The notes under the pieces are model-generated. The model ran no database searches. It saw nothing but the letters and a program-made list of their open reading frames with translations, and was not told the DNA's origin. Shown here in pieces: positions 20,518-30,762 of a stretch of DNA of 47,073 nt (positions are counted from its first letter, which is position 1; each line of letters opens with the position of its first letter). The stretch is from a virus (lineage: Duplodnaviria > Heunggongvirae > Uroviricota > Caudoviricetes): IMG/VR virus record IMGVR_UViG_2534682139_000016, positions 1 to 47,073 of that record; one strand, written 5' to 3'. The position numbers were made by a program, and so were the translations under genes.

Positions 20518-21700
20518 CGGAGGGTTTCGTGGTCATGTTCATCGGTGTGAGATAGACATCACCACCGGGACGCGGATTCATATCTTCCAGGTCGCGGCAG
20601 TCATTGGGAGAGTAAATTCCCCAGTTGATCCCGGTGGCGTAGGCTTCAAAACGGGACTTCATATCCCCGCGCAGTAACGCCCCGGCGTTAAATTTGGCGT
20701 AATAAACGCCCTGCTTACTTTTTCGTACCAGTCCGGTGTTGATCCGCTGTTCGATGCGGGTCAGATACGGCACCAGTGAATAGTTGATAAATCCCAGCCC
20801 CAGCTCTTCGATATTGTTGAAGGTGGCGCGATCGGTGTTCTGCACCATGTGCAACGGCACCCGGAACAGACGACAGATTTCTTCAAGCTGAAACTTGCGG
20901 GTTTCCAGGAACTGGCTGTCCTCGGCGTTCAGCGCCATCGACTTCCAGTCCAGCCCCATCTCAAGGATCATCGGGCGGTGAGCATTGCCAAGCCCGGTGT
21001 GACGCTCCTCAAAATCTTTCTTCAGGCGCTCATAAGCCTGATCTGACAGCGTCTGCTCTGTACGCAACACACCCGACGTCACCGCGCCATTGCTGAACAG
21101 TCTGGCCCCGTGCTCTTCGGTCGCTGCCGCCAGCGATATTGCCTCGCGGGCATAGGCGATGGGATTCAGCCCCACCAGTCCGTCCAGCGTCAGCGTGCGC
21201 ACATGCCAGATATCCTCCTGGCTCAGTACATCCGTGGAGCCATCCGGGAATGTGACCTGATAGATCGGCTCCCAGCTACTGTTAAGCTTCGGTTCCACAC
21301 AGCCGGGATCGACGGGCAGCAGTTCAGCCACTTCGCCAAATGCTTTCACTTTGTAGGCGTAAAAGTTTCCCCGCAGGCACAGACAGGTGACCACCAGCTC
21401 CCAGAACTCCTGCGGCGTCATATAGCCATTGGGATGCGTGGAGATCAGTTTATGCAGACGTTCGCCGGTGGCTCTCTGCTTCAGGCTGCCGTTCAGGTGA
21501 TACAGATTGCAGGGCAACATCCCGACCGACTCTGCCAGCACTCTGACGCAGGAAAAAACCGCCGTCAGTCGCATGGCCCGCTGACTGCTGATCTGCTTTC
21601 CGGTATAGGTGTCGTAGGACAACCCGATGGCATCCGCCAGCTCTGCTGGCGTGGTCACCGGTGCGTCACTTTTTCGTTGAAATAATCCCGAAAAGAACAC
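20459..21700 (-). CDS. Portal protein (HK97 family)
   Basis: 413 aa between terminase and protease. Confidence 0.85.
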   Translation of the reverse strand: MFFSGLFQRKSDAPVTTPAELADAIGLSYDTYTGKQISSQRAMRLTAVFSCVRVLAESVGMLPCNLYHLNGSLKQRATGERLHKLISTHPNGYMTPQEFWELVVTCLCLRGNFYAYKVKAFGEVAELLPVDPGCVEPKLNSSWEPIYQVTFPDGSTDVLSQEDIWHVRTLTLDGLVGLNPIAYAREAISLAAATEEHGARLFSNGAVTSGVLRTEQTLSDQAYERLKKDFEERHTGLGNAHRPMILEMGLDWKSMALNAEDSQFLETRKFQLEEICRLFRVPLHMVQNTDRATFNNIEELGLGFINYSLVPYLTRIEQRINTGLVRKSKQGVYYAKFNAGALLRGDMKSRFEAYATGINWGIYSPNDCRDLEDMNPRPGGDVYLTPMNMTTKPSDGSKAGKQKDNANADETTS

Positions 21701-21882
21701 TATTTACCTCCACCAACAGACAGCTGTGTACGATCGAGATATCGCGCTACCAGCCACGACCAGAACAGGCACAACGCCCCGGCAACAACAAACCCCGCCG
21801 GGGGATAAATCAGCCAGGCACCATACGCCAGCAAAAGCGCCCCCAGCACGCCCACCAGAGGCGCGAGAATCAGCATGATCAT
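21700..21882 (-). CDS. Small hydrophobic protein
   Basis: 60 aa, two hydrophobic helices, between TerL and portal. Confidence 0.4.
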   Translation of the reverse strand: MIMLILAPLVGVLGALLLAYGAWLIYPPAGFVVAGALCLFWSWLVARYLDRTQLSVGGGK

Positions 21883-21893
21883 AATTACCTCAG

Positions 21894-23627
21894 TTAAAGC
21901 GAGCGGATCCCATAGGACTCAATGTGGTCAGACAGCGTGTCTTCTTTCTCGTACAGCATGGCTCTGCCAACCGCCATAATCAGCGCAACTGCACCGTCAA
22001 TTTTGTTTTCCGCCTGCTCTTTGACGGGTTTCACCACATCATCGTTACCCGGAATGGTTTTGCCGACCACATTGCCGATACACCAGGTCATGATGGGATT
22101 GCCATCATGATGAAAGCGCCCCGATTCAATTGCCGCTTCCAGCTCTTTCATCGGGTCGGACATGTTGGTGTAGTTCTGAATGATAGTGACGGGATTCAGG
22201 TCTTCATCAGCAAGGTCATGTGACAACCCGGTCGCCCCGAAGGGGTCGATGGGTGACTCACTGACCGGGCTGATTTTGTTCGCCGCTTTGGCCTCCTCGA
22301 GGATGTAGCGATAATCCACCTCCGCACCATCGGTAACGGTCAGAACGCCCATTTCCACCCATTTCTGAAAGCGTTCGGCTGTCCGGCGATCTTCATTTTT
22401 CTCGACGCTGTACACCGTGTCATACGGTACCCAGAAGCGCGGAGCCACACTGTAGTAATGCGTTTTACCGTCAATCTCGCGGGTATAAAGTCGCGCCATG
22501 CTGTTCATATCCAGCTTACGCGCCAGGTCAAAGGCCAGAATGCACGGCTGCCCCTCGAACTGCTCAAGGGTCAGTGATTTATCCTCGCAGCTCTGCCAGC
22601 TCACCAGGTTGAAATACGCCGAACGCGCCGACACCCAGATATTGAGGTGTTTTGTTTTAAAGACGTTTGCCAGACGGGCGTTATTTTTCGCACGCTGCTG
22701 CTGACTTAACAAAAATTCGCGATAAACCGACACGCCAATATTCGGGTTAGCTTTTTCCAGCACCTGCGGGTCGGTCCAGTCATCGCCTTCGTCAACGGTA
22801 TAGATGATCCCGAACAGTTCATCGTTGGGTACCGACCCGTTGAGCATCTCGATAACTTCCCGTCGCTTGTCGTAGCACGGCCCCTCAATGTTGTACCCGG
22901 CAGTAGTAATGGCCCACATCAGTGGCTGACGTCGCGCCCCCATCCCGGTAAGCATCGTGGTGTAAAGCGCATCGGTGGCGTGCTCGTGATATTCATCCAC
23001 CACCGCACAGTGGGGTGATGAACCATCACCGGGGTTACCGATCAGCGGTTCAAACCGCGCGCCATCCTCCGGACGATTAATGTTTGAGGCGTTAACCTCA
23101 ATCCCGAACGCTTCCGTCAGCATGGGTGTGCGTTTACACATCAGTCGCGCCGGGCGAAAGACTTCCCACGCCTGTTTCTCTGTCGTGGCACCGGAATACA
23201 CTTCCGCGCCAAACTCGTTATCACAGGCAAAACAATACAGGGCAACACCGGCAGAGATTGCCGATTTGCCGTTCTTACGGGGGATTTCGGTATACACCTC
23301 CCGGAAGCGGCGCAGCCGGGACCCTTTATTGACCCAGCCAAACGCACAGCAGACCACAAATAGCTGCCACGGCTCCAGCGTGATGGGCATCCTCTTGAAT
23401 GCCCACTCACCCTTGGTGTGCGGCAACAGCTGAATAAATTTGGCGGCCCGTTCAGCCAGGTCCTTGTCGAAGCGGTAACGAAACGACTTACTTTTTTCCG
23501 CCATCAGGTCATCAAGATGGCGCTGGCAGGCCTGAATCACAAACTGGCAGGCCACAATCTTTCCGCGCACAACATCACGGGCATACTGATTGGCAGCATT
23601 TACGTTGGGGTAAGATTTCCGGCTCAT
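21894..23627 (-). CDS. Terminase large subunit
   Basis: 577 aa; position upstream of portal. Confidence 0.9.
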   Translation of the reverse strand: MSRKSYPNVNAANQYARDVVRGKIVACQFVIQACQRHLDDLMAEKSKSFRYRFDKDLAERAAKFIQLLPHTKGEWAFKRMPITLEPWQLFVVCCAFGWVNKGSRLRRFREVYTEIPRKNGKSAISAGVALYCFACDNEFGAEVYSGATTEKQAWEVFRPARLMCKRTPMLTEAFGIEVNASNINRPEDGARFEPLIGNPGDGSSPHCAVVDEYHEHATDALYTTMLTGMGARRQPLMWAITTAGYNIEGPCYDKRREVIEMLNGSVPNDELFGIIYTVDEGDDWTDPQVLEKANPNIGVSVYREFLLSQQQRAKNNARLANVFKTKHLNIWVSARSAYFNLVSWQSCEDKSLTLEQFEGQPCILAFDLARKLDMNSMARLYTREIDGKTHYYSVAPRFWVPYDTVYSVEKNEDRRTAERFQKWVEMGVLTVTDGAEVDYRYILEEAKAANKISPVSESPIDPFGATGLSHDLADEDLNPVTIIQNYTNMSDPMKELEAAIESGRFHHDGNPIMTWCIGNVVGKTIPGNDDVVKPVKEQAENKIDGAVALIMAVGRAMLYEKEDTLSDHIESYGIRSL

Positions 23628-24127
23628 GACTCGATGATTTTCAGAAACGGGTTAGTGGCTTTCTTCTGCCCCGCCAGGCCAATCAGACGCTGGCGGCTGC
23701 TGGGGTCGAGTCCGAGCATTGCCCCCGTGCTGCTCATCTCGGACTCCTGTTCTTTTTTGGCGGTCAGCTCCGGATTTTTGACCCTGCCGCCCATTGCACC
23801 GGTGATGGTGTTGCCCTGTATGGCAATATTTTTCACGGCACGTCGCCAGAACTCATAGGCCACGCACCACCGCTCAAGCACCGCGAGGTCAGTCACGCAC
23901 AACAGGCCCTGACCGCAGAGTTCTTTGGTTGTCAGTTGCCACATGATCGTGGCGAGAGGGAGATTTTCTTCTGCGAACCACTCCGGTGGCTCAACACCTT
24001 TGATGGGCGTAAAAACAGGTTCATCTTTATTCAGGGCTCGCTTGCCGGGGTTTCCGGCCAGCGCCTTGCGCGCCGTTGGCTTGGGGCGACGCCCGGAACG
24101 CCCCGCCGTTCCAGCCATATGCGGCAC
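23624..24127 (-). CDS. Terminase small subunit (P27-family-like)
   Basis: 167 aa, basic N-terminus, ATGA overlap with TerL. Confidence 0.7.
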   Translation of the reverse strand: MPHMAGTAGRSGRRPKPTARKALAGNPGKRALNKDEPVFTPIKGVEPPEWFAEENLPLATIMWQLTTKELCGQGLLCVTDLAVLERWCVAYEFWRRAVKNIAIQGNTITGAMGGRVKNPELTAKKEQESEMSSTGAMLGLDPSSRQRLIGLAGQKKATNPFLKIIES

Positions 24128-24243
24128 TCCTGGTTAAATTTCATTTTTCGCGGGTATAAAAAAACGATGGGGCGGGCAGTCCGGAAGACGTCAGGTCACA
24201 GGGATTTGACCCGCCCCTCCCCTCAGACAGTTGAGAATTATTA

Positions 24244-24594
24244 TCACTTTAACCGTTCACGGGCCGTCTTCGCCTTATGACACGGCCAGCACAGACTCTG
24301 CAGATTACTGTCAGCATCAGTGCCGCCATGCGCTTTAGGGATGATGTGGTCAACAGTTTTCGCCTCACGCACCACACCAGAACGCAGACATAACTGACAC
24401 AGGCCTTTGTCACGCTTCAGGACACGCGCGCGGATACTGTCCCACTTCGAACCGTAGCCGCGCTGATGACGGGATTGTCCAGGTTTGTATTGCTTCCAGC
24501 CTTCGCTTTTGTGGCTTTCGCAATAGCCTGACGGGTCAGTGGTGGTATTACGGCAACCTCGAGCACGGCAGGCTTTCGGGATTCGTGGCGGCAT
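24244..24594 (-). CDS. HNH endonuclease (packaging-associated)
   Basis: Cys-rich zinc finger plus HNH motif (...DHIIPKAHGGTD...N...CWPCH); directly upstream of terS. Confidence 0.85.
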   Translation of the reverse strand: MPPRIPKACRARGCRNTTTDPSGYCESHKSEGWKQYKPGQSRHQRGYGSKWDSIRARVLKRDKGLCQLCLRSGVVREAKTVDHIIPKAHGGTDADSNLQSLCWPCHKAKTARERLK

Positions 24595-24725
24595 ATGTAC
24601 TAATCTCCGATTTATCCAAATTTAACTGCCATAATGCCGACATTCTCTGCCATTGTTGGCTCCGTTTATCCGTTAAAAGGGATATCAGTTAAGTTATCCC
24701 GTGTAGGGTATAAACCATTATCAAA

Positions 24726-24750
24726 GCCACTCTGTAGGGAGTGGCTTTTG
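24726..24750. terminator. Bidirectional rho-independent terminator-like hairpin (GCCACTC-TGTAGG-GAGTGGC, flanked by AAA/TTTT)
   Basis: 7-bp stem with A-run upstream and T-run downstream. Confidence 0.5.
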
Positions 24751-24806
24751 TAATGACAATAAAAAGCCCCGCGAATACGAGGCTTTTAGCATGTGGAAAA
24801 GGAAGT

Positions 24807-25058
24807 TTATTGTAACTTTTCAAGATAAGGAGCTATGTTGCTAACTTTTTTGTAGTTCAGATCATCCGGTAGTTGAACAGCAGGATTATATACAACCCAT
24901 ATAGATTCAGACTTGCCATCTGAACCATCTGTGTTTTTACATGAGCGTAACTTGTAATGAATGATTCTATCTACGTCAGCGTACTCGGAGGTTGCATAAA
25001 CTTCATATTTATTATCTCCATGGAAAAGGATAGTTTTAACTAATTTTGTAGATGACAT
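24807..25058 (-). CDS. Small hypothetical protein (AT-rich moron)
   Basis: 83 aa ORF in AT-rich DNA between the lysis cassette and the HNH gene. Confidence 0.4.
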   Translation of the reverse strand: MSSTKLVKTILFHGDNKYEVYATSEYADVDRIIHYKLRSCKNTDGSDGKSESIWVVYNPAVQLPDDLNYKKVSNIAPYLEKLQ

Positions 25059-25176
25059 GTCTGCTCCTTTGTAATTGATGGGTATGACATATGACCACCA
25101 ATTACAATGCCATATTTCTGGTGATTATTGCAGCAGCGAAATTACAAACCAAACCCAAAGATGGGCTTTGTAATGA

Positions 25177-25452
25177 CTACAGTAACGAACTGCACAATGC
25201 GCCTGTATTTCGAGGATGACGTCCAAATACGTTAATCTTCTCGCGAACGCTCTCACTACACATTCGCTCTACAATTCGCCAAACAACCTTTTCAGGTAAA
25301 AATTTCGGCGCTAGTGCTGAAATAGCACGCCACAGACCCCGACTAAGCGAGCATGCTGTGCTACCGAAACTAAAGATGACGAACGAAATAGACGTGATAA
25401 ACGCCCAGCACCCAGAGAGAAAAGCTGAGATGCGGTGATAAAGCTTAGTCAT
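25177..25452 (-). CDS. Small hypothetical membrane protein
   Basis: 91 aa with hydrophobic N-terminal half. Confidence 0.35.
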   Translation of the reverse strand: MTKLYHRISAFLSGCWAFITSISFVIFSFGSTACSLSRGLWRAISALAPKFLPEKVVWRIVERMCSESVREKINVFGRHPRNTGALCSSLL

Positions 25453-25487
25453 GTATTGCTCCTGTTTTTTTGGTTTTCATCGCCCGA

Positions 25488-25925
25488 TCATTTCAGGCAT
25501 TGCGTCCTGATGTATTCCTGCAGGTAGTTAACCTGCGCGGTTATCCTGTTGATTCCACTTCTGAGACGGTAATAATTGAGTTCAGCATCTGCTGTAAGTC
25601 TTGGGCTTTCTCCATCGCCCATGCTGCTGGCTCCGGTCGTTGACTTTGCACAGGTGGCGGCGACTTGCAGGCGCTTACGACCAGCAGAAACATCAGCACG
25701 GAGACTTTCGATAGTCGCGTTAGCATCAGCAAGCTCCTTTGTGTATCTGGCGTCGAGTTCTGCTACATCACGTTGACGCTTCTGCATATCAGCGATGATG
25801 GATGCGGCTTTATCGCGCTGCTCTTTGTAGGTCATGGCGTTATCACGGTAATGATTAACAGCCCATGACAGGCAGACGATGATGCAGATAACCAGAGCGG
25901 AGATAATCGCGGTGACTCTGCTCAT
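25488..25925 (-). CDS. Rz-like i-spanin
   Basis: 145 aa, N-terminal TM segment plus coiled-coil periplasmic domain, immediately downstream of endolysin. Confidence 0.8.
   Translation of the reverse strand: MSRVTAIISALVICIIVCLSWAVNHYRDNAMTYKEQRDKAASIIADMQKRQRDVAELDARYTKELADANATIESLRADVSAGRKRLQVAATCAKSTTGASSMGDGESPRLTADAELNYYRLRSGINRITAQVNYLQEYIRTQCLK
25541..25732 (-). CDS. Rz1-like o-spanin lipoprotein embedded in Rz in the +1 frame
   Basis: Lipobox LVVSAC, then Pro-rich [16 protein letters not shown], similar to lambda Rz1. Confidence 0.65.
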   Translation of the reverse strand: MLMLTRLSKVSVLMFLLVVSACKSPPPVQSQRPEPAAWAMEKAQDLQQMLNSIITVSEVESTG

Positions 25926-26398
25926 ACCTCAATCTCTCTGACCGTTCCGCCCGCTTCTTTGAATTTTGCAATCAGGCTGTCAGCCTTATGCTCGAACTGA
26001 CCATAACCAGCGCCCGGCAGTGAAGCCCAGATATTGCTGCAACGGTCGATTGCCTGACGAATATCGCCGCGGTCAATCATCGGTAAAGCGCCACGCTCTT
26101 TAATCTGCTGTAATGCCACTGAGTCCTGGCTTCTGGGAGAGAAGTCTTTCAGCCCAAGCTGCTTGCGGTAAGCATCCCACCAACGTGAAAGAAGTTGATA
26201 ACGGCCTGCAGCTGTTGATTTGAGTTTCGGGTTTAGCGTGACAAGTTTGCGAGGGTGATCGGAGTAATCAGTGAAGAGTTCGCCACCGACAATAACGTCA
26301 TAACCGTGGTTACGTGTCGGTTGTCGCCCGTTATCCGTTCCTTCTGACCATGCCACCATATCCAGGAAAGCTTTACGCTGGGAATTTAGTACCTGCAT
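25922..26398 (-). CDS. Endolysin, lambda R-like lytic transglycosylase
   Basis: ...[56 protein letters not shown]... close to my recollection of lambda R. Confidence 0.9.
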   Translation of the reverse strand: MQVLNSQRKAFLDMVAWSEGTDNGRQPTRNHGYDVIVGGELFTDYSDHPRKLVTLNPKLKSTAAGRYQLLSRWWDAYRKQLGLKDFSPRSQDSVALQQIKERGALPMIDRGDIRQAIDRCSNIWASLPGAGYGQFEHKADSLIAKFKEAGGTVREIEV

Positions 26399-26401
26399 AA
26401 A

Positions 26402-26728
26402 TTACTCCTTAGAGCCACCAAACTTGTTACCGATTACTCTCATTGCAGCCCCACGAATAGCATCGACACCGATCAACCCAACGCCACCACCAATGGCAAC
26501 AGAAAGCGATTTAGGCCATCCGACATACTCAAGCGCGGATGCAAAGGTCAGCGTCAGAGCGCCACAGAGCAAAATCTCGAGCGTTTTTCTCTTCCAGCCA
26601 CCACCACCGCCAAAATAGGCAATGCGCAAGCCAGCCATAACGATCGACATAATCACTGCGCCCAGCGGTGTGTCTCCACGCCACCAGCTCTGGACCAACT
26701 CCAGCCAAGTATTTGGGTTATGAGGCAT
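26402..26728 (-). CDS. Putative holin
   Basis: 108 aa with hydrophobic segments, immediately upstream of endolysin. Confidence 0.55.
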   Translation of the reverse strand: MPHNPNTWLELVQSWWRGDTPLGAVIMSIVMAGLRIAYFGGGGGWKRKTLEILLCGALTLTFASALEYVGWPKSLSVAIGGGVGLIGVDAIRGAAMRVIGNKFGGSKE

Positions 26729-26871
26729 TTGTAGTTATCTCTCACCTCGCTGATACAGCAGGTGCAAATTGAGGAAACATCATGTACCGCAAATCAGAAG
26801 CGGAAACGTCAAAGAAGCCGAGCCAATGGATAACTGCGGGATAGACTAGGCCCAACGAATCCCCAGGCCCA

Positions 26872-26902
26872 GAAACGACAAAACCCGCTCGACGGCGGGT
26901 TT
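26872..26902 (-). terminator. Minus-strand intrinsic terminator upstream of the lysis genes (candidate tR'-like)
   Basis: Minus strand reads AAACCCGCC-GTCGA-GCGGGTTTTGTCGTTTC. Confidence 0.5.
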
Positions 26903-27019
26903 AAGCTGTGTGGCGAAGTAACCACTCTTAACACAATACAATACTTTTTGCGTACGCGTTAGTGTTTTGATAGAATTTTCAGCCACATAAAAATTCATTC
27001 TTATAATTCGGGATATATA

Positions 27020-28195
27020 ATGGATATAACTTGTTTAGAATGTGGCAATGTTCTTGACGACCCAACTGTAGCTTGCGATAAATGCGGTGCCACGCCTCAT
27101 GTTGTAGTGCTGGGCAAACAATCGTACTTTCCTATTGGTGCTGTAACAGCAAATCTTGAAAAAAATGATTCAAGAGCATTTGATTATCGATTAGGTGAAG
27201 TTTGGGATCTAAAAAATGAAGTCACATCTGAATTCATAACCAGAATTGAGAAAAAATTTAGCCGAAAAAACAAATTTCATAACTTCCTAGACTCAGATCA
27301 CAACCCTTCATCCATTCCTACGATCCTAAAAAAATACATTAATAAAAATAATGAATTCATTGATTTATCTAGAGCTATAATAGAGAAGCTTAAACATAAT
27401 GCTAATAACGAATCGAGAGTTGCCCAACTTCAGGGGGGGAGCGTTGTTTTCATCCACTATAAGTCTACCGAACCAGAGGATTTGGGGAAACTTCTAATCG
27501 TAATGGTTGATAAACAAAGCGCCTATGACTTTGATTCGGATAAGTTGACCCCAACAAGATTAAATCCAATTAATACCGATGCCTTACGGCAGGCTGCGAT
27601 GTTCGATTTAACTTTATTCGAAGCCAGTTATCCAGAAAACAAGGGTGACTCATATGTACATTTCTTGCAAGGTAAATCTAAAAGCGATTTTTTCAAAGAC
27701 TCATTAGGTTGCCGACATGATTCGGACAATAAAAGAAGCATTCAGCAATTATTCAGTGCTATAGATATTTTTGCTAGTAAAAACTCACTCGGTCGTGTAC
27801 TGCGTGATACTATTGACAATGAAGTTAAATCCTTACTGGAAAAAAAATCAAAAGATAAACACGGAAATAAGTCCGTTAAGATAGAGGATATTTCAAAAAT
27901 AATTGACTCATGCCTGACTGATTCACACAAATGTAAGGGAACGTTTGTCGATTTTGTTAATCTTAATGGTTTCCAGATTGACCCTCAATTTGAACCAACT
28001 CCTAAAGCAGCTGAAAGCGCGCTTACAATTGAAGTGGCAGATAACGACAATAATTTTAAGTTGAAAATAATGCGTGGAGCTATTGGAGACGAAAAGTCAA
28101 ATAAGCCTGTAATTCTCACTGACAACAAATGCGAAATTGTGATAAAATTGAGTCAGGCAAATTATGATGAACTCAAAAGATATAGAGACAGCTAA
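27020..28195 (+). CDS. Zinc-ribbon protein with NA37/YejK-like nucleic-acid-binding region (cargo gene 1)
   Basis: 391 aa; N-terminal CLECG...CDKCG zinc ribbon; central GGSVVFIHY...LLIVMVD...YVHFLQGKS...DFFKDSLG resembles the nucleoid-associated NA37 family from memory; AT-rich; TATAAT at 27002-27007. Confidence 0.7.
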   Translation: MDITCLECGNVLDDPTVACDKCGATPHVVVLGKQSYFPIGAVTANLEKNDSRAFDYRLGEVWDLKNEVTSEFITRIEKKFSRKNKFHNFLDSDHNPSSIPTILKKYINKNNEFIDLSRAIIEKLKHNANNESRVAQLQGGSVVFIHYKSTEPEDLGKLLIVMVDKQSAYDFDSDKLTPTRLNPINTDALRQAAMFDLTLFEASYPENKGDSYVHFLQGKSKSDFFKDSLGCRHDSDNKRSIQQLFSAIDIFASKNSLGRVLRDTIDNEVKSLLEKKSKDKHGNKSVKIEDISKIIDSCLTDSHKCKGTFVDFVNLNGFQIDPQFEPTPKAAESALTIEVADNDNNFKLKIMRGAIGDEKSNKPVILTDNKCEIVIKLSQANYDELKRYRDS

Positions 28196-28197
28196 TA

Positions 28198-29412
28198 ATG
28201 ACAATTGCTGATGACTTATCAAGATTAGCGCAGATTATTAACGGAGCCTCAAGCAGAGTTGAGGGCTACTACACTGTCATAAGTCTTGAAGAAAGCATTG
28301 TTATTGTAAATAGTTCTGAAATAATTAGACTGTTACAATCTATAGGTTATAAAAAGGCAACAACCTGCATCGAAAATAATGAAATTTGGCTAGATCGCCA
28401 AGCTTCATCTTGGGATGACGCTATAATTTATGAGAATGTTGAGTCTTTTTGGTCTAGAGTAAACACCCAAAACGCTCTTCCGAAAAATTATATCATCGGA
28501 ACGCCGTTAATACTCCCTACTTCTAAGAATGAAAGCATCGAAAAAATCCATATTTTCTTTATGTGGAAAGATATCCTTTCATTAATTGCTGATCATCATA
28601 ACAGTGACTGCTCTGTCTTATTTTTCACCAATGAAGACAAAAGTTATACAGTCGAACTCACGCATTTTTTACAATATAGCGAGATTAATCGCTTATCGAA
28701 CTCGTCTCTTAAATATGAAATTATAAAGGAGCTTCTCGACACAATAAAAATCAATGATTTACACAAAAGCGAGCGCAAGCTCGTTATACGCTCAGCCATA
28801 AACGAAGTATTTAAAGCAAATGGTACGTTCAATTTCTTTGACTTGCTTAACTCTACTGAACTCGTCAGGAAAAAATATGATGAACTATATGAGATTTACA
28901 CAAAGAGGTTTTCTGTAAATAAAATTCTTAACGAACTCGATGAGAAAAATCTTGAGTTCACGAGTAAAATTAACGAATTCATATCATCTAATCAGACAAA
29001 AGCATTGACTATTCCCGGTGCATTAATAGCTGCTGGTGGCTTAGTGAAGGCTAATGAAACAACCGAAGCAATATTGATTATCGCAGGACTTTGGATGATA
29101 AAAAAAGTCAATTACATTTCTATTGAGATATTCAATGAAACATTCGACAACTTACGTTCTCGAGTGGAGTCCGCTTTCGATAAGTATTTAAAGTTTGAAG
29201 AAAATAAAGAAATCAAAGATAATGCAGATAGTATTAAGAGTAGCATTACAGGTTTGATTGATAAAGCTAAAAAAAGGATGAGAACTGTTAAATATCTCGC
29301 ATCAGCCATGTTTTATGGAGGCCTTATTTACGTTGGATATAAACAGTTCCCAGTCTTTTTTGAAAAATCGGCAGTAAATCTATTTTATTTTTTATGCCAT
29401 ACTATAAGCTAA
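28198..29412 (+). CDS. Hypothetical protein with C-terminal hydrophobic helices (cargo gene 2)
   Basis: 404 aa; start 2 nt after gene 1 stop; hydrophobic stretches ALTIPGALIAAGGLV and YLASAMFYGGLIYVGY. Confidence 0.7.
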   Translation: MTIADDLSRLAQIINGASSRVEGYYTVISLEESIVIVNSSEIIRLLQSIGYKKATTCIENNEIWLDRQASSWDDAIIYENVESFWSRVNTQNALPKNYIIGTPLILPTSKNESIEKIHIFFMWKDILSLIADHHNSDCSVLFFTNEDKSYTVELTHFLQYSEINRLSNSSLKYEIIKELLDTIKINDLHKSERKLVIRSAINEVFKANGTFNFFDLLNSTELVRKKYDELYEIYTKRFSVNKILNELDEKNLEFTSKINEFISSNQTKALTIPGALIAAGGLVKANETTEAILIIAGLWMIKKVNYISIEIFNETFDNLRSRVESAFDKYLKFEENKEIKDNADSIKSSITGLIDKAKKRMRTVKYLASAMFYGGLIYVGYKQFPVFFEKSAVNLFYFLCHTIS

Positions 29413-29763
29413 CATTGCTAAACAGCCGTCAACAAACCCCATTGCAGTTTGCAGTTCCTTCCTAATTGTGCCATCAGAGCATTTTCTCTTCTTCGCAATA
29501 GTGCGTAATGAGATACCGATAACAAAGTGGGCGATGATGAGCTCATATTCCTCTGGTTTATACCTTCTCAACCGAGCCACACAACTGTCTATCATGATGC
29601 CTTCGTCATCATCACACTGAATCCGTGACTTTTTGCCATGAGGTAAAAGTCCCTTGAAACCAGCCGCTATCGGCTGCCAGTCCACTCCGCTATTGTCTGA
29701 AGCAGCCCAAGCTCCCCAACGATCCATTACTTCATACATATCACGCATCAACTTTCTCCACAA
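29392..29763 (-). CDS. Late-gene antiterminator Q-like protein
   Basis: 123 aa; Cys-containing, position at end of early-right operon. Confidence 0.6.
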   Translation of the reverse strand: MWRKLMRDMYEVMDRWGAWAASDNSGVDWQPIAAGFKGLLPHGKKSRIQCDDDEGIMIDSCVARLRRYKPEEYELIIAHFVIGISLRTIAKKRKCSDGTIRKELQTAMGFVDGCLAMLAYSMA

Positions 29764-29765
29764 AA

Positions 29766-30761
29766 TCAGGCCAGCACACCAATTGCCAGCGCACGATCGA
29801 TAAAACGAAATATCAACTCCAGCTGGGAGCCATACTTCTCTTCAAATGCCACGGTATCCGCATGCAGCTCGTCGTGATGCTTTCTGCACAAAGGCAACAC
29901 AAAGAGATCATGCGCTTTTGTACCCATTCCCCCCTGACCGTGGCCTATCAGATGGTGGGGATCATCAGCAGGCTTTCCACAACATGCACACGGCTGCGTC
30001 TTAACCCAGCGCGTGTACTTTTCATTAACCCAGCGGCGACGTTTTGGGCGTAACATAAAAGACTCCGGCGACTCCGGATCCACTTTCAGCGCCAGCACCT
30101 TTTTCGCCTTATCCTGGATGATGCTGGTGGCAGGAACCGAAGGCACAAGGTCACTTTCCCGGGTGACAGATGGCACAACAGGCTTCGGTAATCTCAGTGC
30201 CTTACGGGCTGCACTTTCCGGTAAGGCATCCGCCAGATCATTACGAACCAGCCACCAGCACAGTTCCGGCATTGTCACAACGTGACTGTCATCAAAACCG
30301 AGATCCCGACGCACGACAGACAACACCCAGCGGGCACAGTTATCCGTTGCCATTGATTCCAGCCGTTCCGTGAACTGGTCACGCAGCTGGTTATCGCAGT
30401 GCCAGCACAGACGAATTGCTCCCGGAGCGTGCCGCATTGTGGTCATGTTCTCGCTGTGCCAGTCAGAATGAGGCCACTGACAGCCCTTTTCACGAAGTAA
30501 CCAGCTTTCATGACATTCCACGCCACCAGCACGACGGATCACTGCCTCATTGCGGAACACGGTCCGAACGGCAGGATCATCCGCCAGCGGTTGTGTTGCC
30601 GCCGGAACGGCACCACTGGCGAAAGATGAATAACGTTCCGGCTCTGGCTCCAGCAGGACACGCCCCTGCATAAACAGGGGCATCAGCTCTGAACCTGGCC
30701 TGAACAATACGATCCCCATACGCGGGGCAATTTCAGGGGTCAGTAGTGCTCTCACGGTCAC
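29766..30761 (-). CDS. DUF968-like phage protein with C-terminal HNH-like Cys/His cluster
   Basis: CACCGKP...PHHLIGHGQGGMGTKAHD...CRKHHDELH. Confidence 0.55.
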   Translation of the reverse strand: MTVRALLTPEIAPRMGIVLFRPGSELMPLFMQGRVLLEPEPERYSSFASGAVPAATQPLADDPAVRTVFRNEAVIRRAGGVECHESWLLREKGCQWPHSDWHSENMTTMRHAPGAIRLCWHCDNQLRDQFTERLESMATDNCARWVLSVVRRDLGFDDSHVVTMPELCWWLVRNDLADALPESAARKALRLPKPVVPSVTRESDLVPSVPATSIIQDKAKKVLALKVDPESPESFMLRPKRRRWVNEKYTRWVKTQPCACCGKPADDPHHLIGHGQGGMGTKAHDLFVLPLCRKHHDELHADTVAFEEKYGSQLELIFRFIDRALAIGVLA

Positions 30762-30762
30762 C

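Noticed and set aside
21110-21685. 191-aa plus-strand ORF inside the portal gene
   Set aside because: Antisense to a confidently assigned portal gene, with no RBS and low-complexity composition.
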